In this document: piece by piece, positions 10,682 through 19,778 of the stretch
Position numbering within the stretch: the stretch's first letter is position 1
Layout of the letters: the number at the start of each line of letters is the position of its first letter
Source: an uncultured Aeromicrobium sp.
Lineage (GTDB): Bacteria; Actinomycetota; Actinomycetes; Propionibacteriales; Nocardioidaceae
Length of the DNA: 41,688 nucleotides
Reading direction: 5' to 3'
NCBI GenBank assembly: GCA_964473845.1
Contig: CAYYQO010000004.1
Coordinates: forward strand, 1 to 41,688
Made by a program: the position numbers and the translations under genes
Notes under the pieces: model-generated
What the model was told of the DNA's origin: nothing
Seen by the model: only the letters and a program-made list of their open reading frames with translations
Database searches by the model: none

Positions 10682-12061
10682 ATGACCACGCGACGTCCCC
10701 TCATCGTCAACGCGTTCGCGTTGGCAGGCGCGAATCACCTCAGCCCAGGGCTCTGGCGCAGTCCGCAGGACCGGCACGGCCGGGAATACACCCGACTCGA
10801 CTACTGGATCGATCTGGCCAAGCGGCTCGACGATGCCGGGTTCGCGGCTCTCTTCCTGGCCGACCTGATCGGCGTGCCGTCCGCCTATGAAGGCTCGTAC
10901 GCCTCGTCGTTCCGCACGTCCGCTCAGGCACCGTCGATCGACCCGGTTCCGGTGATCTCCGGACTCATCGGACACACACGCCGCCTCGGGTTTGGCGTGA
11001 CCGTCTCGACGACGTACTCCGAGCCGTACCTGACGTCTCGGCTCTTCTCGACCCTCGACCACCTCTCCAACGGCCGCATCGGCTGGAACATCGTGACCTC
11101 GTCCTCACGGTCCGCCGCGCTCGCGCTCGGGCTCAAGAACCTGCCGGTGCATGACGACCGATACGCGCGCGCCGACGAGTTCGTGGACGTGGCGTACGAA
11201 CTGTGGGAGGGCTCCTGGCGCGACGATGCACTGGTCGCGGACGTCGACGCGGGAATCTACGTCGACGCCGATCGGGTGGCGTCGATCGAGCACCACGGGA
11301 ACCACTTCGACGTCCAGGGCCCCTTCGCCGCGCCGCCGTCACCGCAGCGGGTCCCCCTGCTGTTCCAGGCCGGCAGTTCGTCGGCGGGGCTGGCGTTCGC
11401 CGGCCGGAACGCCGAGGTCGTGTTCCTCGCCGGCAACAGCAACCTGAAACTGCGCGACGAACGCCTGGCGATCCTCGCCCAGGCGGAGGAGGTCGGCAGG
11501 AACCCCGACGACCTGCGCTTCCTCAACGCCCTGACCGTCGTGACGGGCGAGTCGGCGGCAGCGGCTCAGGAGAAGGACGCACACTACCGGTCGCTCGCCT
11601 CGGCCGAGGGTGGCCTCACACTGCTGTCCGGATGGACGGGCATCGACTGGTCGAAGCACGACCTCGACCAGCCGGTCGCCGCGCTGGCCACCGATGCCCA
11701 GCAGTCGATCCTGCCCGAACTGGCCGGCGAGTACGGCGACGCGTGGACTCTGCGCGAGGCAGCCGAGTACATCGCCTACGGCGGGCTGCGCCCGGTCCTG
11801 GTCGGTGACGGCGCGAGCGTGGCCGACCAGATCGAGGCGATCGTCGACGAGAGCGGCATCGACGGATTCAATTTGGCGAACATCGTCAGCCCCGGCTCGT
11901 ACATCGATTTCATCGACCATGTCGTGCCCGAACTGCGGCGCCGCGAACTGTGGGAAGACTCCCAGGAGACCACCTTGCGTGGTCGCATCTTCGGCCAGGA
12001 CCGCCTGTCCGACCGTCACCCCGCTGCCCGGCACCGAGACGTCGCGCGCGTCGATGCCTGA
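10682..12061 (+). CDS. LLM1: NtaA/DszA/DmoA-family flavin-dependent monooxygenase
   Basis: HLSPGLWR, LFLADLIG, FSTLDHLSNGRIGWNIVT, PSPQRVPLLFQAGSS and DGFNL motifs. Confidence 0.9.
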   Translation: MTTRRPLIVNAFALAGANHLSPGLWRSPQDRHGREYTRLDYWIDLAKRLDDAGFAALFLADLIGVPSAYEGSYASSFRTSAQAPSIDPVPVISGLIGHTRRLGFGVTVSTTYSEPYLTSRLFSTLDHLSNGRIGWNIVTSSSRSAALALGLKNLPVHDDRYARADEFVDVAYELWEGSWRDDALVADVDAGIYVDADRVASIEHHGNHFDVQGPFAAPPSPQRVPLLFQAGSSSAGLAFAGRNAEVVFLAGNSNLKLRDERLAILAQAEEVGRNPDDLRFLNALTVVTGESAAAAQEKDAHYRSLASAEGGLTLLSGWTGIDWSKHDLDQPVAALATDAQQSILPELAGEYGDAWTLREAAEYIAYGGLRPVLVGDGASVADQIEAIVDESGIDGFNLANIVSPGSYIDFIDHVVPELRRRELWEDSQETTLRGRIFGQDRLSDRHPAARHRDVARVDA

Positions 12062-13361
12062 CGCGCACCGGCAAGGGCTGGTTCTCAGCAGTTTCGTGAT
12101 GGGCGTCGGTCATCATCAGGCTGCCTGGCGCCACCCGTTGGCCCCGTCGAATGCCGCCGAACTGACGGTCGAGCACTTCGTCGACCTCGCGCAGATCAGC
12201 GAGCGTGGCAAGTTCCATGCGTTCTTCCTCGCGGACACGCTGGCCATCAACAACGGCATCGCCGTCAATGCCCATGCCTCGTTCGAACCCCTCGTCACGC
12301 TGGCCGCGATCTCGCAACGGACCGAACACATCGGCCTCGTGGCGACCGCCTCGACCGCGTTCTATCCGCCGTATCACCTCGCCCGGCTGTTCTCGACCCT
12401 CGACCACGCGAGCGGTGGCCGGTTCGGCTGGAACATCGTCACGTCGGCGTCGGACCGCGAGGCACAGAACTTCGGTCAGGACCGGTTGTTGTCCCACGAC
12501 GATCGCTATCGCGACGCCGAGGACCACGTCGAGGTCGTGCTCGACCTGCTGCAGGACTGGGCACCCGACGCGGTCGTGCGAGACGTGTCGACCGGCGACT
12601 ACGTCGATCTCAGCCGCATCGACCACGAGCCGATCGAGCGCGGCAGGTTCACGATCGCCGGTCCCCTCGATCTGCCGCGTTCTCCGCAGGGGAAGCCCGT
12701 CCTGTTGCAGGCCGGTCGGTCCGGCACGGGCGTCTCGTTCGCGGCGCGCTACGCCGACATCGTCTTCTCCGTGCTGGCGTCGCAGGACGAGGCGGCAGGG
12801 TTCCGCCACCAACTGCGGACCGAGGCGGCGGCAGGGGGCAGGTCGCCCGACGACGTGCGCCTGGTGCCGGGCATCTGGCCCTTCATCGGTTCGACGGAGG
12901 CCGAGGCGCGAGCGCTGTACGACGAACTCGAGGAACACGTCACCGCACGCCAGGCCGCGACCTTCCTGTCGTTCTTCACGGGCCTGGACCTGACGGAGTA
13001 CGACTACGACGAGAAGATCCCCGAACTACCCGCCACCGGATTCGAAGGGCAGCAGGGTCGCTACGAGCGACTCCGTGGCCTCGTGGCCGAGGGGCACGAC
13101 ACCCTGCGCAAGCTGCAGCGGGTGTTCGGTGCCTCGCGCGGGCACCAACTGGTGTTCGGCACTCCCGAACAGGTGGCCGCCTCGATCATCGAGTGGTTCG
13201 ACGCCGAAGCGGTCGACGGCTTCAACATCCAGGCCCCGATCCTGCCGCACGGGCTGGAGCTGTTCGTCGATCATGTCGTGCCGATCCTGCAGTCCGCCGG
13301 GGTGTTCCGGCGCGACTATCCCGAGGGCGCAGCGACCTTCCGCGAGCAACTCGCGACCTGA
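12054..13361 (+). CDS. LLM2: NtaA/SnaA/CmoJ-type flavin-dependent monooxygenase
   Basis: GHHQAAWRHP, FFLAD, LDHASGGRFGWNIVTS and SPQGKPVLLQAG motifs. ATG 12054 overlaps the LLM1 end. Confidence 0.92.
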   Translation: MPDAHRQGLVLSSFVMGVGHHQAAWRHPLAPSNAAELTVEHFVDLAQISERGKFHAFFLADTLAINNGIAVNAHASFEPLVTLAAISQRTEHIGLVATASTAFYPPYHLARLFSTLDHASGGRFGWNIVTSASDREAQNFGQDRLLSHDDRYRDAEDHVEVVLDLLQDWAPDAVVRDVSTGDYVDLSRIDHEPIERGRFTIAGPLDLPRSPQGKPVLLQAGRSGTGVSFAARYADIVFSVLASQDEAAGFRHQLRTEAAAGGRSPDDVRLVPGIWPFIGSTEAEARALYDELEEHVTARQAATFLSFFTGLDLTEYDYDEKIPELPATGFEGQQGRYERLRGLVAEGHDTLRKLQRVFGASRGHQLVFGTPEQVAASIIEWFDAEAVDGFNIQAPILPHGLELFVDHVVPILQSAGVFRRDYPEGAATFREQLAT

Positions 13362-13380
13362 GGCCCGCGCCCGCCGCCGA

Positions 13381-14394
13381 TCAGGCGACGAGTGCGGGGT
13401 AGCGGGCGGCGAGCTGTTCGCCGAGGACGCGCGCGACCGTCCGGGCGGCCGAGAGCGGAACGCTGTCCTCGACGGCCGGGTTGTAGTTCGTGTTCGTGTT
13501 GATGTCGTACACGACGGTCCGGCGATCGAGCGTCTCGATGAACTCGACACCGGCGATGTCGACGCGTTGCTCGGCCAGGAAGGTGTGCAGTCGCGCGACG
13601 AGGGGATGAGCCGCGGTGATCTCGGTCCGCGCGGCGAAGGGGGCCGGCTCGCCGTCCGGGCCGAACGTGCACATGCTGGCCGCGAAGCCCTGGCCGTCCG
13701 CCGGCACCTCGCACGCCTCGGCGGGGCACAGTTCGAAGCTGCCGGCTGCGGTGTCGACTTGGACGGCATAGACGAAGCGTCCGTCGACGAACTCGGCGCG
13801 CGTGATGAACGGCCGCGCTGCGAACACGTACTCCTGAAGCAGGGTGATCCCGTCGATCGGCTCGGACCATTCCGGCCCGTCGACGTACGCGCTCAGTTCG
13901 TCCAGCGAGTCGAAGCGGCGCACGCCCAGACCCTTGCCGCCCTGGTTGTGCTTGGTGATGAGCGGGAATCCGATGCCGGCGGCCGCGTCGACGACTCCAT
14001 CGCGGCCGAAGACCGCGATCGTGCGCGGCACGTCGAACCCCGCCGCGGCCAGGGCGGTGTACTGGGCGACCTTGCTGACCTCGAGCTGCGCCACGTGGCT
14101 GCCGTTGACCACGGTGCGGCCATGGGCTTCGAGCCAACGCAGGACCGAGGCGGCGTAGTCCTTGGCGTGCGGGTGCTCGCGAGTGTGCGACGAAGCGCTG
14201 AGGCGCGACCAGAAGACGCCCTCCGGCGGCTCGGCGGTGAGGTCGATGGTGCCGCCCGTCAGCGGCCACTCGACGAGCGGCACGCCTTCGGCGGCGAACG
14301 CTTCGGCGAACGGCGGAATCCACTCGGGGTTCTCGTGGAGGACGTAGACCGCGGGGGTCGCGGGGGAGTCGGGGATCGTGAGCTGTTCGGTCAT
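13381..14394 (-). CDS. ATP-grasp (RimK-like) ligase
   Basis: HENPEW, SKVAQY, KHNQGGKGLGV, LLQEY, FELCPAEAC and YDINTNTNYN motifs. AGGAG RBS before ATG 14394. Confidence 0.8.
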   Translation of the reverse strand: MTEQLTIPDSPATPAVYVLHENPEWIPPFAEAFAAEGVPLVEWPLTGGTIDLTAEPPEGVFWSRLSASSHTREHPHAKDYAASVLRWLEAHGRTVVNGSHVAQLEVSKVAQYTALAAAGFDVPRTIAVFGRDGVVDAAAGIGFPLITKHNQGGKGLGVRRFDSLDELSAYVDGPEWSEPIDGITLLQEYVFAARPFITRAEFVDGRFVYAVQVDTAAGSFELCPAEACEVPADGQGFAASMCTFGPDGEPAPFAARTEITAAHPLVARLHTFLAEQRVDIAGVEFIETLDRRTVVYDINTNTNYNPAVEDSVPLSAARTVARVLGEQLAARYPALVA

Positions 14395-14439
14395 GATGAT
14401 GCTCCTGGGAGGTCGTGGGTCGAAAGTGGGCAAGGAGGT

Positions 14440-15738
14440 CTAGAGCCCGAGGTTCTGGCGCAGCGTGGTCCGCTCGGCGTCGTACTCGGTGCGGAAGCGG
14501 CCTTGTTCCCGCAGGTAGGGCACGACCGTTTCGGCGAAGACCGGGAAGTCGTGGCGGTAGTCGCCGAAGCTCAGGACGAAGCCGTCCGCTCCGCGCGCGT
14601 CGACCCAAGACAGCAGGTCCTTCGCGATCTGCTCGCCCGCACCCACCAGGACGCGATGCGCGCCGAGACCGTTGTTCTCGATGATCTGGCGGGCGGTCCA
14701 GCCGTTGGCGCGCGCCTCGGAGATCAGCTGGTCGCGAAGTCCCGTGACCCTGTCGTTGCCCTTCAGGCCCGACAAGAGGTCGTACGGGAGCTCACGATCA
14801 AGGTCGAGTTGATCCGCCTCGACGCCGAGTCGATCGGCGAGCAGGGTCAGATTGCCCTCATGGTTGAGGCGCGCGTCGAGTTCGGCCTTGCGGTCCAGCG
14901 CCTCCTTCTCGGTGGCACCGGGGTAGACGAACACGCCGGGCAGCACGAACGGGGCCCGCTTGCCGATCTTCGACGCCTTGTCATGGACCGACGCCCGGAA
15001 GTCCTGGGCGCTGGACAGCGACCGGCGCGCCGTGAAGATCGCATCGGCCCACCGGACGCCGTAGTCGACCCCGGCCTCGGATGCGCCGGCCTGCAGGATC
15101 AGCGGCTTTCCGTGCGGGCTCGCGGTGATGGGCAGTACGCCCTCGACGTCGAAGTGTGAGCCCCGGAACTCCACCGGCCGGAGCCGTGCACCGTCCAGAT
15201 AGGTTCCGGCGGCCTCGTCGGCGACGATCGCCTCAGGCGCCAGCGAGCCCCAGAATCGGTCGACGAGTTGGGCGAACTCCTCGGCCCGGGCGTATCGCTC
15301 CTCGTCGGTGTACGGCTGCTTCACGCCGAACACCGCGCGCGACGTGTCGCTCTGACTCGTGACGACGTTCCAGGCCGCCCGACCGCCGGAGATGTGGTCG
15401 AGCGTCGCGATCTTGCGGGCCACCTCCACGGGGTTGCCGAAGACGCCGGAGACGGTCGAGACGAGACCGATGTTGCTCGTGTGCTCGGCGATCGCCGCGA
15501 GCAGCACCGTGGGATCGAACGCTCCCCACAGGGCCCGGGTCGACCGCGCGTTCAGACCACCGATCTGGTCCGCCTGGAAGAGACCGTCCAGACCGGCGTC
15601 CTCGGCGGCGCGTGCCAGCCAGCGGTAGTACTCGATGTCGGTCGTCAGGTTCGTCGCATCGTTCTGACCGTGCCAGATCCCTTCGTGCCACCCGGCGGGA
15701 AAGTAGTTGACGAAGAGCTTGACGTGATCGGACGACAT
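14440..15738 (-). CDS. LLM3: NtaA-family flavin-dependent monooxygenase
   Basis: LFQAD, LDHISGGRAAWNVVTS, SPHGKPLILQAGAS and TTLRQNLGL motifs. Confidence 0.9.
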   Translation of the reverse strand: MSSDHVKLFVNYFPAGWHEGIWHGQNDATNLTTDIEYYRWLARAAEDAGLDGLFQADQIGGLNARSTRALWGAFDPTVLLAAIAEHTSNIGLVSTVSGVFGNPVEVARKIATLDHISGGRAAWNVVTSQSDTSRAVFGVKQPYTDEERYARAEEFAQLVDRFWGSLAPEAIVADEAAGTYLDGARLRPVEFRGSHFDVEGVLPITASPHGKPLILQAGASEAGVDYGVRWADAIFTARRSLSSAQDFRASVHDKASKIGKRAPFVLPGVFVYPGATEKEALDRKAELDARLNHEGNLTLLADRLGVEADQLDLDRELPYDLLSGLKGNDRVTGLRDQLISEARANGWTARQIIENNGLGAHRVLVGAGEQIAKDLLSWVDARGADGFVLSFGDYRHDFPVFAETVVPYLREQGRFRTEYDAERTTLRQNLGL

Positions 15739-15786
15739 GGCGCGCTGGACTCCTGGGGGAACGGTGGACGCAAGGGATCGGCCACG

Positions 15787-15846
15787 ACGTTAGGCGCTCA
15801 GGCGGTCGTGGCGGTCGCGTGTTGCGGTGTGTGACGAGATGTGACG
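15787..15846 (-). promoter_or_regulatory. Three island boxes at a 10-bp period plus promoter for LLM3
   Basis: Plus-strand TGTTGCG (15820), TGTGACG (15830) and TGTGACG (15840). The proximal box lies 27 nt from minus-strand TAACGT (15792-15787). Confidence 0.78.
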
Positions 15847-15933
15847 ATTCCCGTACGAACGGTCGATTGCGCCGCGACGCCAGTGAATTCGGTGACCGCG
15901 TCGTCCGGGAACGACTCCGCGACTCGTCCGTAT

Positions 15934-15973
15934 CGCGAGATGGCGGCGGCGGCTGTTGCAGCGATGTCAGGGT
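15934..15973 (+). promoter_or_regulatory. Possible weak island box plus -10 for metX
   Basis: CGCGAGA (15934-15940) - 27 nt - CAGGGT (15968). Degenerate match. Confidence 0.35.
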
Positions 15974-15981
15974 CGGGTCCC

Positions 15982-17100
15982 ATGACTTCCTCGGCGCCCT
16001 GGGTGGACGCCTCCGCCACCGTGGCCTCGGGCGCCTGGCAGCCCGGTGATCCGGTCGGCCAGCGGCGATTCGCCGATCTGGGGCCGCTGCCGCTCGAGAG
16101 TGGTGTCGTGCTGGCGAACGTGACCCTCGCCTACGAGACGTGGGGTGAGCCGCGGGGAGACAACCACGTTCTGGTGCTGCACGCGCTGACCGGTGACAGC
16201 CACGTGTCCGGGCCCGCATCGGCGGGCCATCGCTCAGCCGGGTGGTGGGATGCGCTCGTCGGGCCGGGCAAGGCGCTCGACACCGACCGGTTCCACGTCG
16301 TCGCCGCCAATGTGCTCGGCGGATGTCAGGGTTCCACCGGACCCGCGTCACCCGATCCGTGGGGTGCCCGGTGGGCCGGCCGGTTCCCTGCCATCACCGT
16401 GCGCGACCAGGTGGCAGCGGAGCGGCGCTTGGCCGCCTCGTTGGGCATCTCGCGATGGCACGCCGTCGTGGGAGGCTCCGCGGGCGGCATGCGTGCGCTC
16501 GAGTGGGCGATCGACGCGCCGGAGGCGGTCGACCGCCTGTTCCTGATCGCGACGGGCGCCGCGTCGACCGCCGAGCAGATCGCCCTGACCAGCATCCAGG
16601 CCGCGGCGATCCGGTCCGACCCGCACTTCCGCGACGGCGACTACTACGACCGACCGCACGGGCCCGACGGGGGACTGGACCTGGCTCGGCGGCTCGCCCA
16701 CCTCGCGTACCGCAGCGAACAGGAACTGCGTGAACGGTTCGGCCGGTCCGTCGACGACACCGGCGACTGGCAGGTCAACTCCTACCTGGGCCACCACGGT
16801 CAGAAGCTGGTCCAGCGCTTCGACGCGAACTCGTACCTGCTGCTGGGCCGCGCGATGAGCGGGCATGACGTGGGCCGTGACCGTGGCGGTGTCGCGGCGG
16901 CCCTGTCGCGCATCACCGCCCGTACGCGGGTCCTGTCGATCGATTCGGACCGGCTGTACCCGCGATACCTGCAAGAAGAACTCGCCGCGGGTATCGGCCC
17001 GAGCGCCCCGCTGCACGTCGTCCACTCGGTGCACGGGCATGACGGGTTCCTGATCGAGTCCGAGCAGGTCGGCCCGGCTCTGGCCGACCTGCTGGACTGA
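15982..17100 (+). CDS. metX: Homoserine O-acetyltransferase (MetX family)
   Basis: LAYETWG, HALTGDSH, GWWD, NVLGGCQGSTGP, nucleophile GGSAGG, RFDANSY, SDRLYP and HGHDGFL motifs. Start likely ATG 15982. Confidence 0.9.
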   Translation: MTSSAPWVDASATVASGAWQPGDPVGQRRFADLGPLPLESGVVLANVTLAYETWGEPRGDNHVLVLHALTGDSHVSGPASAGHRSAGWWDALVGPGKALDTDRFHVVAANVLGGCQGSTGPASPDPWGARWAGRFPAITVRDQVAAERRLAASLGISRWHAVVGGSAGGMRALEWAIDAPEAVDRLFLIATGAASTAEQIALTSIQAAAIRSDPHFRDGDYYDRPHGPDGGLDLARRLAHLAYRSEQELRERFGRSVDDTGDWQVNSYLGHHGQKLVQRFDANSYLLLGRAMSGHDVGRDRGGVAAALSRITARTRVLSIDSDRLYPRYLQEELAAGIGPSAPLHVVHSVHGHDGFLIESEQVGPALADLLD

Positions 17101-17113
17101 TCCGTTCGTCGCG

Positions 17114-17308
17114 TCAGTTCGGCAGGATCACGGCTTGAGCGACGACCACCCGTTCACCGTCGAACGTTAGGGCCGGGCTGCCGTGCAACACGTATCCGGT
17201 CTCGAGAGCCTCGCTCACCCGGCGGCAGAACGTCACGTCGTCGGGACCGGTCAGGACGCGGTACCGCAAGAGTGCGGACTGACCGCCTGACGCATCGGGG
17301 GCCGTCAT
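17114..17308 (-). CDS. DUF1737 family small protein
   Basis: YRVLTGPDDVTFCRRVSEALETGYVLHGSPALTF...VAQAVI. Confidence 0.8.
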   Translation of the reverse strand: MTAPDASGGQSALLRYRVLTGPDDVTFCRRVSEALETGYVLHGSPALTFDGERVVVAQAVILPN

Positions 17309-18318
17309 TCGCGACCGGCCGAGACCCAGGAGGGGCGGAACGACCGGTGGCCGCTGACCCGCTCGGCGAGCGTGTCGAGCCGGGCGACGTGATCTGCGGA
17401 GAGTTCGATCTGTGCGGCCTGGAAGTTCTCGGTGACCCGCTCGGGGAACCGGCTACCGGGGATCGGCACGACCGGCAGGCCGAGCGTGCGGCCCTTGTCG
17501 TGCAGCCACGCGAGGGAGAGCTGGGCCGCGGTGATGCCGGCTTCCTGCGCGACGGCGAGCACTTCGTCCAGCACGGGGGCGTTGGCGGCGAGGTTCTCGG
17601 CGAGGAATCGCGGGAACTTGGGGCGACCGTCCTGCGGCGTGAGCGCGCTGGCGTCGAAAGTCCCGGTCAACCACTGGCGGCCCACAGGGGAGTAGGGGAC
17701 GAACCCGACGCCGAGCTCGCGTGCCGTGGGAATGACGTTCGCCTCGACGTCGCGGCTGATGATGCTCCACTCGGACTGGATCGCCGCGATCGGGTGGACC
17801 GCGTGTGCTCGGCGCAGTTCGTCGCCCGTGGCCTCGGAGAGGCCGATGTGCCGCACCTTGCCGGCCTGGACCAGCTCGGCCACGGCACCGATCGTCTCCT
17901 CGATCGGCACGTTGGGATCGACCCGGTGCTGGTAGTAGAGGTCGACGTGGTCGGTGCCGAGGCGCTGCAGGCTCAGGTCGATCTGCTCGTGCACGTAGGC
18001 GGCGTCGCCACGGACCTGGCGGTCGCCGACGCTGCCGCCCTTGACGATGCCGAACTTGGTCGCCAGCTGCACGTCGTCGCGACGGGTACGGAGCAGGCGC
18101 GAGATGATCGTCTCGCTGCGCCCGTCGCCGTAACCGTTGGCCGTGTCGATGAACGTGACTCCGCTGTCGACCGCGTGGGTCAGTGTGCGCAGTGCCTCGT
18201 CGTCGCTGATCGGCCCGTAGATGTCGGTCAACGACATCGCGCCGTAGCCCTGGGGCGGGGTGGAGAGGCCATCGCCGAGTTCGTGGATGGCCGGGGTCGT
18301 GGTCAAGGTCTCAGTCAC
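17305..18318 (-). CDS. Aldo/keto reductase
   Basis: GYGAM, DTANGYG, ATKFG, DLYYQHRVDP, GLSEA, YSPVGR and PIPGS motifs. Confidence 0.93.
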   Translation of the reverse strand: MTETLTTTPAIHELGDGLSTPPQGYGAMSLTDIYGPISDDEALRTLTHAVDSGVTFIDTANGYGDGRSETIISRLLRTRRDDVQLATKFGIVKGGSVGDRQVRGDAAYVHEQIDLSLQRLGTDHVDLYYQHRVDPNVPIEETIGAVAELVQAGKVRHIGLSEATGDELRRAHAVHPIAAIQSEWSIISRDVEANVIPTARELGVGFVPYSPVGRQWLTGTFDASALTPQDGRPKFPRFLAENLAANAPVLDEVLAVAQEAGITAAQLSLAWLHDKGRTLGLPVVPIPGSRFPERVTENFQAAQIELSADHVARLDTLAERVSGHRSFRPSWVSAGRE

Positions 18319-18324
18319 GCAGGG

Positions 18325-18368
18325 AGGCTATCGGCCACGCGTGACCAGCGGTGAAACATGACGTAATG
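18325..18368 (-). promoter_or_regulatory. Island box plus leaderless promoter for the aldo/keto reductase
   Basis: Imperfect palindrome CATGACGTAATG (18357-18368), 26 nt from minus-strand TAGCCT (18330-18325), then 6 nt to the GTG start. Confidence 0.6.
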
Positions 18369-18383
18369 CGAATCGGCGGTTCG

Positions 18384-19619
18384 TCAGTAGAAACCGTTGC
18401 GTGGCAAGGGGGTGCCGTTGACCGCCAGGTCTCCCACGGTGCGGGCCTTGTAGACCGTCGGATGGTGCGAGAAGAGCGTCCGCAGGTTCCGCCAGTGCCG
18501 GTCGAGGTGATGGACCTCGCGGATCGCCGAGGCCCCTCCGATGTTGAACAGATCGCCTGCGGCCTTGAGCGCGAGAGGTTCGACGCCCACCTTGAGCTTC
18601 GCGGCGGCGAGGGCGGCGTCCTCCTGCAGGCTCTGCGCCGTGGACGACTCGTCCCACTTCGCCCGCGCGGCCGCATCGAGATGGTCGGCGGTCTGCAGGA
18701 CCGCAGCACGGGCGACGTACGCCGCCGACTCGAGCTCACCGACGATCTGCAGCAACTGAGGATCCTCGCCCGGGGCGTCGGCAGCGCCAAACGTGTAGGT
18801 CCGTCGCCGTTCCCGCAGGTGTTGCGCCGCGTCCTGGGCGATGCGCTGGAGGATCCCGGCGGCGGTGGCGTGCAGGGTCACGTGGACGAGCGTGTTCCGG
18901 TCGGTCGTCGCATCGGTGTACGAGAAGCCGCCCTGCACTTCGTCGTCCAGGACCTCGACGTCGTCGAGGACGAGCGTGCCGCTGGACGTGTGACGCTGCC
19001 CGATCCCGTCCCAGTCGTCGACGTGCTCCACGCCGGTTCGGCGAGCCGGAATGATGACGGCTACGGGCTCCCCGGTGTCGGTGTCGGTGGCACCCACGCG
19101 CAGGAAGTCGGCGTAGGCCGAACCCGTCGTGTAGAACTTGCGGCCGTCGAGGCGGCGTCCGGCCGGGCCCGACGTCAGGGTGGCCGAGGGCTCGTAGGTG
19201 CCGACGACCTTCGCGGTCAGTTCCGTGTTCGCGCCGGCGAACAGCTGACCGGAGACGACGAGCGGCAGCCAGCGCCCGACGTCCCCCGTGCGGGCGTGGG
19301 CCGCCAACTGGGTCTCGACGAACTCGTAGTGGACGCGCAGGATGTGAGGGACGTCCGGATCGGCCGTCCCCAACTCGACGAGGAAGTCAACGAGCTGGCG
19401 CAGTGACCAGCCGGCACCGCCGAGTTCGATCGGGACGCGGACGGCCCCCAGGCGGTGTTCGCGGATGAGGTCGATCGCCGACTGCGGCGGTTCCTGCCCG
19501 GGCCTGCGCAGATCCGCGTCACGGCGGATGGTGTCGATGAGCGCGGCGATCTCATCGGCTCCGGGCAGGGGTTGCGAGGGGTCACCGATGGCTGCAGCGG
19601 GGGTCGCGTTGATCGTCAT
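18384..19619 (-). CDS. Acyl-CoA-dehydrogenase-fold flavin monooxygenase (DszC/SfnB-like)
   Basis: LDGRKFYTTGS, DDWDGIGQRHTSSGT, GGASA and LDRHWRNLRTLFSHHP motifs. Confidence 0.85.
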   Translation of the reverse strand: MTINATPAAAIGDPSQPLPGADEIAALIDTIRRDADLRRPGQEPPQSAIDLIREHRLGAVRVPIELGGAGWSLRQLVDFLVELGTADPDVPHILRVHYEFVETQLAAHARTGDVGRWLPLVVSGQLFAGANTELTAKVVGTYEPSATLTSGPAGRRLDGRKFYTTGSAYADFLRVGATDTDTGEPVAVIIPARRTGVEHVDDWDGIGQRHTSSGTLVLDDVEVLDDEVQGGFSYTDATTDRNTLVHVTLHATAAGILQRIAQDAAQHLRERRRTYTFGAADAPGEDPQLLQIVGELESAAYVARAAVLQTADHLDAAARAKWDESSTAQSLQEDAALAAAKLKVGVEPLALKAAGDLFNIGGASAIREVHHLDRHWRNLRTLFSHHPTVYKARTVGDLAVNGTPLPRNGFY

Positions 19620-19626
19620 GCGGACC

Positions 19627-19704
19627 ACACAGCCAGATCGTGGGGGCCCGGGCCGTGAATGTTTCGTCACATGTCGGGGTGGAATCGAAGTGTCATAGCA
19701 CGAT
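19627..19704. promoter_or_regulatory. Bidirectional island box between the DszC-like gene and the regulator
   Basis: ATGTTTCGTCACAT (19659-19672). On the plus strand, CGTCACA - 27 nt - CACGAT (19699). On the minus strand the box ends 41 nt from ATG 19619. Confidence 0.7.
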
Positions 19705-19778
19705 CTGACGCCAACGAGAATCGCGTCCGCATGATGACTCGTCGTTCAAACCTGCCTTCGGCGGCGTTGAATCGCACC

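Noticed and set aside
13075..15159. Long alternative-frame ORFs (e.g. 727-2208 minus, 13075-15159 plus, 20691-22574 minus, 28102-29472 minus)
   Set aside because: They overlap well-supported genes on the opposite strand and have no motifs; such shadow ORFs are expected in high-GC DNA.
15739..15981. SAM riboswitch upstream of metX
   Set aside because: No recognisable SAM-I or SAM-IV consensus; the region is explained by divergent promoters and boxes.
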